Shown here: positions 12,625-24,276 of the stretch, piece after piece
How the letters are laid out: each line of letters starts with the position of its first letter
Position numbering within the stretch: position 1 is the first letter of the stretch
Assembly (NCBI GenBank): GCA_965153355.1
Contig: OZ231126.1
Location: 34,782,001 to 34,846,000, forward strand
Origin: Flaccisagitta enflata
Lineage: Eukaryota
DNA: 64,000 bases
Reading direction: 5' to 3'
Notes under the pieces: model-generated
Seen by the model: the letters and a program-made list of their open reading frames with translations, nothing else
What the model was told of the DNA's origin: nothing
Database searches by the model: none
Made by a program: the position numbers and the translations under genes

Positions 12625-12821
12625 AAAAAATGACATTCTTTTAAGAAACAAAGTGTACGCGGACGGACATGCACAGCAAAACTCGTCTCAACTCGTTTAA
12701 ACTCGTTTCAACCCGTTTCAACCCGTTTAATCTCAAAACTTAGATACGGATAAACAGAAAGCACTGACAAGCTAACAGTCAGGGGTACCTAGCACCCAAA
12801 GATAGTGGATAAAAAAATTAC

Positions 12822-12998
12822 CTGGAACATGGTGGATAAAAGAGCGGAGGAGGGCGGAGGAGAAGCAAATATATTTCCCGTCGGCGTGTTCCGACCGGAG
12901 GCATTGGGTGTACCGTGTGGGTTACCAACAAACGTTCCATTATCGGTTGAGGATGAAAGTCCGTTGGTTGGTGATGGCGGGGGTGTAGTGGTTGCGCT
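12822..12998 (-). CDS. XPO6: Second copy of Exportin-6 exon 4
   Basis: Same 177-nt coding sequence as 42411-42587. The acceptor is tttag rather than ctcag, and the donor is intact. Confidence 0.8.
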
Positions 12999-13129
12999 CT
13001 AAAGGAAACGGAAAGGAGGGGGGGGGGAAGAATTGACGGTCGTAATACTACAAACTATGCGTTGTGTTGAAATCATTTTCTGTACACAAATTTTTTGTTT
13101 CAGGACCAAATTTATAAGAACGTGCTAAC

Positions 13130-13285
13130 AACATTTTTGGTCTTGAATCTGAAATAACACACAGAACATTTTTGGTCTTGAATCTGAAATAACACACAGA
13201 ACATTTTTGGTCTTGAATCTGAAACAGAACATTTTTGGTCTTGAATCTGAAACAACAGAACATTTTTGGTCTTGAATCTGAAACA
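13130..13285. repeat. Minisatellite of ~31-36 bp, five units (AACATTTTTGGTCTTGAATCTGAAA core), followed by (CA)n
   Basis: Visible tandem units, duplicated near 42715-42940. Confidence 0.9.
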
Positions 13286-15195
13286 AAACACACAAACACA
13301 CACACACACCCGCACACACACACACACAGACACACACAGACAGACACACACACACACACAAAATTGCCGAGATACAGCTTCATATAGTTTTGAGCCATTG
13401 AGGTTTACACTCTTTAGAGTAAGGACAAAGTTTATGAGGACATCGAGGCTGAAATTTTGCCAAAAATTAAGGACATTTTAAGAATGCCCAGCATCAGATT
13501 TGCAAAAAAAATTTTTTGATTCAAAGTTTAGATTGTATTTACGCAACTTCTTAAAAAAATAACCATGTTTAAAAGAAATGATAGCATTCATTTTTGCTAA
13601 ATGATAAGATATTCTATGAATAATAACTACAAAGCAATTATTGTCATATCTAACTTGTGTTTCATGATACTGAACATCAATTACTTCAATGCATAAAACA
13701 TAATCGTAAGAAAATCATTAAAAGTATTAAGGACACGCTAAGAACATTTCAGTCTGAAATTTACTAAAATCTTAGGACATCCCAGCCTTGGAAAAAATTT
13801 ACTGGTCCTTATATAAAAAAAAAAAGAGTGTACCCCGGTATCAAAATTTCAAACTAATTTGTTTTCTTTTTTTACCAGTAATGGCGGCTGTCGCCGTGGG
13901 GAAAAAAGTCATAAGCACTGGTCACTTTTCACTAAATTTTTGCCTTTTGTCACTTCAATTTTTTTTACTAGTTTGCTTAAATCAAAACCAATTGTATGTA
14001 TTGATTGCATGCTCAAACTAACATATAAGTACATTTTTGATCCTATTTAAAATTATAAAAGAAAGAGAATGATCAATTTTATCGGAAGCCCCAATCAGCC
14101 CTATAAGTTCCTAGATTCTCACAAAAGAAAATAAAATCTATGTTACTCTTGAATATGTCAAAAAGTCAAAACTTACTTCGACTTTTTTCCCGATAAAACA
14201 TATTATTAATTCAGACTGGGTTCTCAAAATTTTTTTTGCCGTTTTGAGGATCAATGTCTCTTAAACTGTTATTTTTTCAACGCAAAAAAGTGTATAAATA
14301 CATCAATAAGTAATGTTCTATGTGTCTTAATAAAAATACAGTTGAATCCCGCACCAACGGATTTCAAAGGACTAACAAATTTTTTTTGTTATTTGCGTAA
14401 TTCTATTAAAGCCAACATTAATAAAAAAAGAAAATAGGTTGAATGGACCAGGAATTAGTGTCTGTTTACAGCGGAATTCCGTAAGAAGCGGGTCCGATAG
14501 AGCGGGGTTTAACTGTACTTGTTCAGTAACATAGAACATTGAGAATCATGCCCAACTTAACAGGCAAAACTATGAAAGTGGTTTTTTTCCAAAAACAAGG
14601 CCGGATACACGGCTACCCTAGTCGCGTGCGGGTGGGCAGGAGCAGTGCTCAAGAAGGTCACTAGGTTATCTCAGCAGGAGCAGTATGCTCAAAAAGCTCA
14701 AAACCCTGAAAAAGTATTAGTCGCGTAGTCAGCACTACCCGTGCCCTGCTTAAGAAGGTTGTGGTTAAAGTTGTGGGGGGAGGGGGGTACGAAGGAAAAG
14801 GAGGAGAAAACTCCCCATATGTGTGAAAGCATAGGTCATCAACCCCTACGGGGCCGCTGCCTAAAAAGAGGACCGACCGATGGACCGAGTGACGGACCGA
14901 CATAGCAGGGTGTAGAGTCGCGTAGCACGCGACTAAAAGCCTCCAATTTTCCAGAAAATTTTGAACCTTTATTTTAATAAGAATTATGAAATAATCTCCT
15001 CAAAAATTTCCAAACCAGAATCTTTGCCTGGATTTCTTCTTATTTTGGTCTTAAAATTTTGGAAAATCTGACACTGCAAAACCAAGGCCGGATATACGGC
15101 TACCAAAGTCGCGTGCGGGTGGGCAAGGGCCATATTTGAGGTCACTAGACCATTTGGGCAGGAGCAGTGAGGTCAAATAAATAATATCATAAAAA

Positions 15196-18100
15196 AAGCT
15201 TCAAAATTACAGTCCCCGACGGGGGACTAATTTTGAAGATAGACAAGACAACAATTTTAAAAGAAAAATTCAATATTGTTTTAGTGATGATAAAACTTGA
15301 TAATGATAATAATAGTGGATAATGATGACAACAAAAATATAAAAAAAGATTTAAAATTATTTTCAAAAAAATTTACAAAAAAATTTTTATAAAAAATTTT
15401 TAGAAAAAATTTTTTGAAAAAATTTTGAAAATTTTTAAAAAAGTTTCAAAAAAAATTTCAAAAAAAAATTTCAAAAACATTTTCAAAAAAAATTTTCAAA
15501 AGAAAATTTCAAAAAAAATTTTCAAATTTTTTTTGTTTCATGATTGATGACAACAATCAAAGTTGATGACAATAGTTGAAGGTGATGACAATAGTTGAAG
15601 GTGATGACAATAGTTGAAGGTGATGACAATAGTTGAAGGTGATGACAATAGTTGAAGGTGATGACAATAGTTGAAGGTGATGACAGTAGTTGAAGGTGAT
15701 GACAGTAGTTGAAGGTGATGACAGTAGTTGAAGGTGATGACAGTAGTTGAAGGTGATGACAGTAGTTGAAGGTGATGACAGTAGTTGAAGGTGATGACAG
15801 TAGTTGAAGGTGATGACAGTAGTTGAAGGTGATGACAGTAGTTGAAGGTGATGACAGTAGTTGAAAAGTGATGACAGTAGCTTGAAGGTGATGACAGTAG
15901 TTGAAGGTGATGACAGTAGTTGAAGGTGATGACAGTAGTTGGACAGTGCTGACAGTAGCTGAGAGGTGATGACAGTAGTTGAAGGTGATGACAGTAGTTG
16001 AGGTGATGACAGTAGTTGAGGGTGATGACAGTAGTTGAGGTGATGACAGAAGTAGAAGGGTGATGACAGTAGCTGAAGGTGATGACAGTAGTTGAAGGTG
16101 ATGACAGAAGTTGAAGGTGATGACAGTAGATGAGGGTGATGACAGTAGTTGAATTGATGACAGTAGCTGAAGGTGATGACAGTAGCTGAAGGTGATGACA
16201 GTAGCTGAAGGTGATGACAGTAGTTGAGGTGATGACAGTACAGTAGTTGAAGGTGATGACAGTAGTTGATGATGTGACAGAAGGAAGGTGATGACAGTAG
16301 AATGTGATGACAGTAGTTGAAGGTGATGACAGTAGTTGAATATGATGACAGAAGTTGAAGGTGATGACAGTAGTTGAAGGTGATGACAGTAGTTGAAGGT
16401 GATGACAGTAGTTGACGGTGCTGACAGTAGTTGAAGGTGATGACAGAAGTTGAGTGATGACAGTAGTTGAAGGTGATGACAGTAGTTGAAGGTGATGACA
16501 GTAGTTGAAGGTGATGACAGTAGCTGAGAATGACAGTAGTTGAAGGTGAAGACAGTAGTTGAAGGTGATGACAGTAGCTGAATGAGATAGCTGACAGATG
16601 CATGATGACAGTAGAAGTGATGACAGTAGTTGAAGATGATGACAGTAGGAAGATGATGACAGTCGAAGATGATGACAGTAGTCGAAGATATTACAGTAGT
16701 CGAAGATGATGACAGTAGTCGAAGATGATGACAGTAGTCGAAGATGATGACAGTAGTTGATGATGATTGTAGCTGAAGATGATGACAGCAACTAGAAGAT
16801 GATGACAGTAGTTGAAGATGATGACAGTAGTTGAAGATGGTGACAGAAGAAGATGGTGACAGTAGTTGAAGATGATGACAGTAGTCGAAGATGATGACAG
16901 TGAGTTGATGATGATGAAGTTGAAGATGTGACAGTAACTGAAGATGATGACAGTAGTTGAAGATGATGACAGAAGAAGATGGTGACAGAAGAAGATGGTG
17001 ACAGTAGTTGAAGATGATGACAGTAGTTGAAGATGATGACAGTAGTTGAAGATGATGACAGCAGTTGAAGATGATGACAGGAGTTGAAGATGATGACAGT
17101 AAAGATGATGACAGTAGTTGAAGATGATGACAGAAGTTGAAGATGGTGAAGTAGTTGAAGATGTGACAGTAGTTGAAGATGACAGTAGTTGAAGATGATG
17201 ACAGAAGATATTTTATAGTAACTTGAAGATGATGACAGTAGAAGATGATGACAGAAGAAGATGGTGACAGAAGGAAGATGGTGACAGAAGCTGAAGATGA
17301 TGACAGAAGAAGATGATGACAGTAGTTGAAGATGATGACAGAAGGGAAGATGATGACAGAGCTAAACATGATGACAGTAGTTGAAGATGATGACAGTAGT
17401 TGAAGATGATGACAGTAGTTGAAGATGATGACAGTAGAAGATGATGACAGTAGTGAAGATGATGACAGTAGTTGAAGATGACAGTAGTTGAAGATGATGA
17501 CAGTGAAGGAAGATGATGACAGAAGTTGAAGATGATGACAGAAGGAAGATAGACATATAGTTGAAGATGATGACAGTAGTTGAAGATGATGACAATAGTT
17601 GAAGATGATGACAGTAGTTGAAGATGATGACAGTAGTTGAAGATGATGACAGTAGTTGAAGATGATGATAGTAGTTGAAGATGATGACAGTAGTTGAAGA
17701 AGATGACAGTAGTTGAAGATGATGACAGTAGTTGAAGATGATGACAGTTGTTGAAGAATGAAGATGAATCTTGAAATCCATGATGGCAAACCTTAAGAAA
17801 AAAATCAAAATGTAATAAATGAATGAGCAAGTAAAAAAATTCATCAACTCCAATCCTTTATATAAATTGCCTAAGTCATAGTAACATTATAAACCAGACA
17901 TCAAAATTTATTCGAATTTTGCAGGGGCTGTTCAATTGAAATCCTTAACCTGTATACCAAATCAAAAAAAAATTCACATACCCTCACTACCCTTTGCCTA
18001 TGTAAATTGCTTAAGTCCTAGCAACATACTACTACATTAATAAGCTAATATCTCATAAACCAGACTTCAGATTAATTTCGAATTTTGCAGGGGTTGTTTA

Positions 18101-18428
18101 TGTACTACCCTCTGCTTGTATACTAAATTATAAAAAAATTCATAAACCTTTACTACCCTCTACCAATGTAAACCACTGAAGTCCCAGCTAAATATTACTA
18201 CAAAAATAATAGGCAAAGGGTAGTAAAAGTTTATGAATTTTTTGAAAATTGGTACACAAGCTCCCATTGACATAATAATAACACTGGTAAAGTTTCATGA
18301 ACTTCTGAAGTCTGGATCAAAAGATACGAGAAGGTTCTAGACAGACACACAGACAGACAGACACACAGACTAGCACAAACAGGCTATCTCATAGTCCACC
18401 GAAGAAAACTGTTTGTCGGGGACAAAAA
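15196..18428 (-). mobile_element. HINE family B carrying a 19-bp satellite, nested in a short HINE
   Basis: GTCCCCGAC (15212-15220, within a hairpin) / GTCGGGGAC (18415-18423, within a hairpin), a (GACA)n microsatellite and ~165-bp repeats. It splits a short HINE (15080-15197 + 18424-18492) at an A-run. Confidence 0.8.
15560..17757. repeat. 19-bp satellite GATGACAGTAGTTGAAG(G/A)T
   Basis: Tandem array. The 19-aa period in its translations corresponds to three 19-bp units. Confidence 0.96.
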
Positions 18429-21222
18429 GTAAAACATGATGGACCAACCGACCGACAAAGCGGGTTGTAGAGCCGCGTACACGCAACTAAAAATCTGAGT
18501 GAAAAATCACATAGCAGTGGGTTTCTCTGCATCTTTGCGCTGTATTGGGGTGTAATAACATGTTGCTAGCAAAAATAAAATCATTGCAAGCGCATTTTGA
18601 GTAATCTTTAAAATAGAAAAAGAAATTAGAAAATTTTGTAATGCAGATTCTACTGAGACTTATTCTTTTCAAGGTTCCATATCAATAATCTATGCAAAAT
18701 TCCCTTTCATTTGGTTATTGCTCTAGAAATCCCTGTAAAAGATATATCAATTTGATAGAAATATGATGGGAAACTCAAAAAACTTTTCAGAAACTAATTT
18801 CTTAAAAAGATATCTTCAATTAGAGTCTGTTTCCAGCAGTATGGCACAATTAGTTGATAAATGGCAGAGAAAAACAGTGATTTTTCTCAAAAATTGAGCA
18901 TTTTTCACTTGTTCCAGGTCGGTTATTTTTTCAAAACCCAATTTGTTAGTTTAATACAGACAAAATCAGTTTGAAAGATCTTTCAGGAACTTTTTTCAGA
19001 ATAAGATTATCATTTCTTGAAGCAGAAATATGACGTTTTCTTTGGTAGCACTTTGTAGGGTATTCCCTGTATCAATGTCAGACACTGCTTTAACATAAAA
19101 TCGATGGTGGTCTAGCTGGTCAGTGGTCATACCTGGCAGATATTCCTTGGCAAACCAGTAGAAGTGGATCAAAAGTCGTGGAGCATCGATAAGTATCCTC
19201 TGCAACAGATCCGGTCCTGCCAATCTGGATCCAAAGTGCTTGACAAAGAGCATAGCTGCTCCTAGGAATATGAAATTTTTGGGCATCACTACCAGCCCTT
19301 AAAGGAATTCTGGCCCATGGTTCATACATCCCTGCCCTAATATGACAATGCCCCCAGCTCAAAGACGATTTTCGGAGCCATTTTTTTCCACTTTGATTTT
19401 CACAGAAATTTGGGCGCTAGTGCTCCGATTTGGATGAAATTTACATGGAGGTAGTCCATAATGTGAAGTACCTCCACAAAAATTTTTATCAAATTGTCAA
19501 CATTATGTACGACATCATTTTTTTCACAACTATAATTGAAAAATTTTGTTTTTTTAAATTAGTAATTTTAAATTTTTTTGACATCCCATTTTTTTTTTTT
19601 CTCTGTGCATAAAACATACTTAGGGTCCATTACATGTGCATGCAAAATTTCAGGACCATATTTCAACCTTTCTTCAGGTTACAGGTTGAAAAAAGGCTCA
19701 AAATCGGCAATTTCATCGATTTTTGGTCTGATTGTCTTCAAAGAACTGTTATTTGACACCCAAAAATGCTCCCAGGGTCAAGTGAAATTTTTTTAGCATC
19801 ACCAACAGTCTCTTAAAGAAATATTGGCCCATGGTTCATACATCCCTGCCCTAATATGACAATGCCACCAGCTCAAAGACAATTTTTGGAGTCATTTTTT
19901 TCCAATTTTTGATTTTCGAACAGAATTTAGGGCACTTAAAGTGCTCCGATTTGGATGAAATTTTACATGGAGGTAGTCCATGATGTGAAGTACCTCCAGC
20001 AAAAATTTGGTCCAAATCGGTCAACTTTAAGAGGGGTAACGACATCATTTTTCTTCACCTATACTCGGAAAAAACCTGTTTTTTTCAAATTTAGGTACCT
20101 TAAAATTTTCAAAATTTCAAATTTTTTTGCATACCACTTAATTAGGGTCTACTACATGTGCATGCAAAATTTCATGGCTCTCCATCAAGTTTAAGATAGA
20201 TTTAAGGCACGCATTTAATATGACATCGTACAAGCATTTGAGGAGGGCCGGTCTCTGAAACCGTCTGATTATGATCAGAAAGTGTGTTCTGAAGGCCGGA
20301 AAACTTTCGGCAAAAAAATCCCGCTTGGGAGTTTTCGACCAAACTCACACTGCTCACGTATGGTGACGTCACTCTTTTTTTCATTAACTATGGCAAAATA
20401 AAAAAGCGAACAACTTGTTTGTCAATGTTTCACATCCAAGCAATGAGAAAACATAGCACTTCCATGACCATTTTAAAGATTCATGAAGATCTTTCATGAG
20501 ACTTTGCTGGATGTTCTAGCTCTTATCAATAGAAATGGCATTAGAATGAAGACAGGTGGTCAAGAATTTGGAAATTCACTACGCCACTTTCATGGGTTAT
20601 CTTTATTCTAACATAAAAACTAAACGCATTGAGTTAAGAATTTGTTATTGGCGCCATTTAAAAAAAAATTTGAAGCTCTTTAATTTGCTCATGGATAACG
20701 AGTAGCTATGACAATCCTGAGCTGCATTATTGACAAAAACGGAAAGACTAAAATTGCTCATTGGAAAAAAGTTGAAATAAGTACTTTTTCAATCAGCGAT
20801 TTTTTTCTTCAAACCATTGCCATTTCTAAACAAATGAAGCTACAATGACCAGCAACGTCGCATTTGGAAGATTTTTTGCAGAGCTTTTAAATGGTCATGG
20901 ATTTTCTATGGTCCAGGTCCATAGTTAAGCAGAAACTAGCAAAACAAAGTGTACGGTTTTTTTTTCTTTGCCATAGTTATTAACTTTTTTTACAGCATTT
21001 TTACAGCATGAACACATTCATGAATTTCAACTGCTCCACAAGGGAGTGAGCGAAGTGAATGAGCGATCCTGTAAACGGAGAAGGCAAGCAAGCATAGCGA
21101 AGTGAGCGTACCATAGCGGGGCACTGCAGAGCGAGTAAGTGGATTGAGCGGTTCGAGCGCGAGCAAACAAACATAGCGAGTTACGGCGTTCGTTTTGACC
21201 CAAATCGGAAAAGACGGTGAAA

Positions 21223-21442
21223 TTTTTAGTCGCGTGCTACGCGACTCTACACCCCGCTTTGTCGGTCCATCCGTCGTTCCGTCGGTCTGTCCGTCCATTG
21301 GTCCATCCATCGGTCACACTTTACTTTTTTTTGGTTTTTGCGGTCTTTGGCCTCACTGCTCCTGCCCAATTGATCAAGTGACCTCAAATACGGCCCCTGC
21401 CCATCCGCACGCGACTGGGGTAGCCGTGTATCCGGCCTTGTT
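21223..21442 (+). mobile_element. Short HINE (family C), representative full copy
   Basis: 5' AGTCGCGTGC-t-ACGCGACT subTIR plus IR, (GTCC)n microsatellite, 3' GCACGCGACT subTIR, then GCCG-tgtatc-CGGC hairpin and TT. Related copies lie near 2551-2729, 11294-11540, 14592-14938, 21630-21852, 23849-24034, 32096-32292, 40890-41130, 44172-44518, 58686-58915 and 60119-60261. Confidence 0.8.
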
Positions 21443-21914
21443 CATAATATCATATAGTATTATATTGTATTGAAAAAAAAAAAATAAACTACACATATTG
21501 GGAAAACCCAATACACAAGAATATTGTAAACCCAATACCAATACCCAATACAATTACTCAGGCCTTACTAACTTAGTACCCTTAACATTTTTCTTTTATA
21601 AAAGATTGTTCATCACCGTTTATTAGCAATTTTTAGTCTCATGCACGCGACTCTACAACCCGCTTTGTCCGTTGGTTGGTTGGTTGGTTGGTTGGTTGGT
21701 TGGTCGGTCGGTTGGTTGGATGGTCACATTTTACTTTTTTTTATGATTTTATTTTTTTGACCTTACTGCTCCTGCCCAAATAGTCTAGTGACCTCAAATA
21801 TGGCCCCTGCCCACCCGCACGCGACTTTGGTAGCCGTGTATCCAGCCTTGTTATTCATCACCTCTCACGCACTTTGTGGTTTGTTGGTTTTTTTTTCCAA
21901 AAGTCATCATTTCA

Positions 21915-24276
21915 CAGTATGTTCCAACTTGTTTTAACTTTATACGACGGCATAATTCTGTAATAGAAATAACTAAATAAGTGTATTCTGAAAAAAATAT
22001 CTGAAAGAATATTGTTTGGCATTTTAAACTAAGTGATTCTCAGGGATTTTCTATAATGGTAAGATACTTTTTGTAAATTATGCAAAAAAGGTTATTTTTC
22101 TCTCTTTTTTTCCAAAAACTTCATCAACGGACAATTTTCTCTCAATATTTTATAAACTACATCAAAATATCCTATATTTTAAACCTACATGGTATGAAAA
22201 TCTCAAAATTCTTTTAAAATAAGAGCAACATGAATAAAAACTCGCGCTGCTGGGAAAGGCTCAAAAAGGGTCTTACCCTATATACCACGTGGATAAAAAA
22301 AAAAGACGCACCCATCTATTAATTGATAAAACAGATATAAAAAATAATTTTAACTATTTTTAAGAAAACACATTTTGAAAGATTTAAAATCTTTCAATCT
22401 AGACCAATCTCAGATAGATCTGTATCTCAAACCGTTTAGAAGTTAGAGTTTTTCAAAAAGAAGTACTAATTTGTGAAAATGCATTTATACATAGGGATTG
22501 CATAACTGGAATGGGCAATGTTTTCACTCAAACTGATGCCATTTCAAAACGTAAAAAGATAGCAATACTAGCTTGGCGCCAATTGAAAGTACTTTAAAAG
22601 GGCTTTCAGATGACCTATGATTTTCTTATGTTTTTCTTATATTCATAGGCAAAATTAGTCATTCAAAAGTGCGTCTTTTTTTTGGGTCGTATGGTATTCC
22701 ATGAAGTTTAAAATTTTCTTTGTTTTTTTTTAATTTTTCTATTAAGTTAAAAGTGAAAAGAATTTTAGATGAATTCCCATGAAAGACAACTACTTCCTTC
22801 ATCTATCTTACATCACTTGGTAATATTTGAGATAACTGCTTTCTTTTTATTCAATAACAGAGAATGTTTTGATAGAAAATCAAACCAGAGAAAGGCGGCA
22901 TAATCAGAAGTTCTGAATGCATGAGAAAACTATTTTTTTCACTGAACAACATAATATCTTACTTTTTGGTCCGTCCGTCCGTTGGTTGGTTGGTCGGTCG
23001 GTCGGTCGGTCACAAAACTCTTTAAAAGGCTTTTTTAAGTGATTTTGGGCAGCGGCCCCAATGGGAATGAAGTCCTGTAGAACACAGGGGGACTTTCGTT
23101 CGTCCGTTCGTCCATTCGTCTATTCGTCCGTTCGTCCATTTGTCCGTTCATCCGTCCGTTCATCCCCCCCTCCCTCAGACCCCTCAGGCCTCAAATCTGG
23201 CCTCGCAGGCCGCAAATCTGGCCTCTCAGGCCTCAAATCTGGCCTCTCAGGCCTCAAATTAGACATCTTAGGCGTTAAATCTGGCCTCTATGGCCTCAAA
23301 TCTAGCCTCTTAGGTCTCAAATTTGGCCTCTTAGGCCTCAAATTTGGCCTCTCAGGCCTCTTATCTGGCCTATCAGGCCTCAAATCTAGCCTCTCAGGCC
23401 TCAAATCTAGCCTCTTAAGCCTCAAATCCAACCTCTTGCCTCAAATTAGGCCTCTCAAGCCTCAAATCAGCTATCTGATCCTCATGTTAGTTCTCTATGG
23501 CTTACCAAGCCTTGATCCAGCTCTTTCAAGCCTCAAGTCAGCCCATGCAAGCCCCCAACTGGCTTTCTGGCCATACATCAGCCCTCTTAGACCTGAATTC
23601 AGCCCAAACGGACGGATGGACGGACGGATGGACAAACGAACGGACGAACGAAGGTCCCCCTGTGTTCTACAGGACTTCATCCCCTTCGGGGTCGCTGCCC
23701 TGCTTCCCCTCACTCAAATTCACAATCATGCACAGCAGGGCAACAGGTATCGCTGACCACATATTGCCCTTGGGCGACCTTTTTATGTCTCTGAATGGTA
23801 GAGTAGGGACTTTGTGGGGTAAACAGCTATTTCAAATGTCTTTTTGAAAAACAAGGCCGAATACACGGCTACCCCAGTTGCATGCGGGTGGGCAGGGGCC
23901 ATATTTGAGGTCAGTGGACCATTTTGGCAGTAGCAGTGACGTCAGGAAATAAAAAACATAAAAAAAAGTAAAGTGTGACCGACCGACCGATGGACGGACG
24001 GACAAAGCAGGGTGTAGGGTTGCGTGCACGCGACAGAATATTGTTTGTCTGTCTGTCTGCCTGACTTTTTTTGAAAGTGCCGATGCACGCGACTTAGGTC
24101 TAATGACTATGTTGATATGTTGAGGGGATTTGAATTTTCCAAAAAATCACTGGAATTAATTATCATAAAATGCCAAACTATTACCTGAAAAAGTTTTTTT
24201 TTTCAGAATTAAATTATCTCTATTTCTTCTAGAGTTATGCCGTCGTATAATGTTACAAACGAGTTGAATTATACTG
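21915..24276. mobile_element. Old TIR element with several nested insertions
   Basis: CAGTAT..TATACGACGGCATAA is inverted at 24235-24276. It contains MITE 22285-22694 (second copy at 52265-52684) and HINEs. Confidence 0.65.
23043..23784 (+). mobile_element. HINE-like element with ~60-bp sub-terminal IRs and internal 21-bp tandem repeats
   Basis: GGGCAGCGGCCCC..GAAGTCCTGTAGAACACAGGGGGAC is inverted near 23640-23700. Contains a (TCCG/TTCG)n microsatellite, a GGCCTCAAATCTGGCCTCTCA-type array, a 3' hairpin GCCC-tt-GGGC and a T-run. Confidence 0.7.

Noticed and set aside
15522-17853. 755-aa and overlapping ORFs (QLLSSPSTTVITFNYCHHL repeats), also at 45100-47392
   Set aside because: These are translations of a 19-bp satellite that is open in all three minus frames. 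There is no evidence of coding.
23061-23756. 231-aa ORF with GLKSGLS heptads
   Set aside because: A 21-bp tandem repeat inside a non-autonomous element bounded by inverted repeats.
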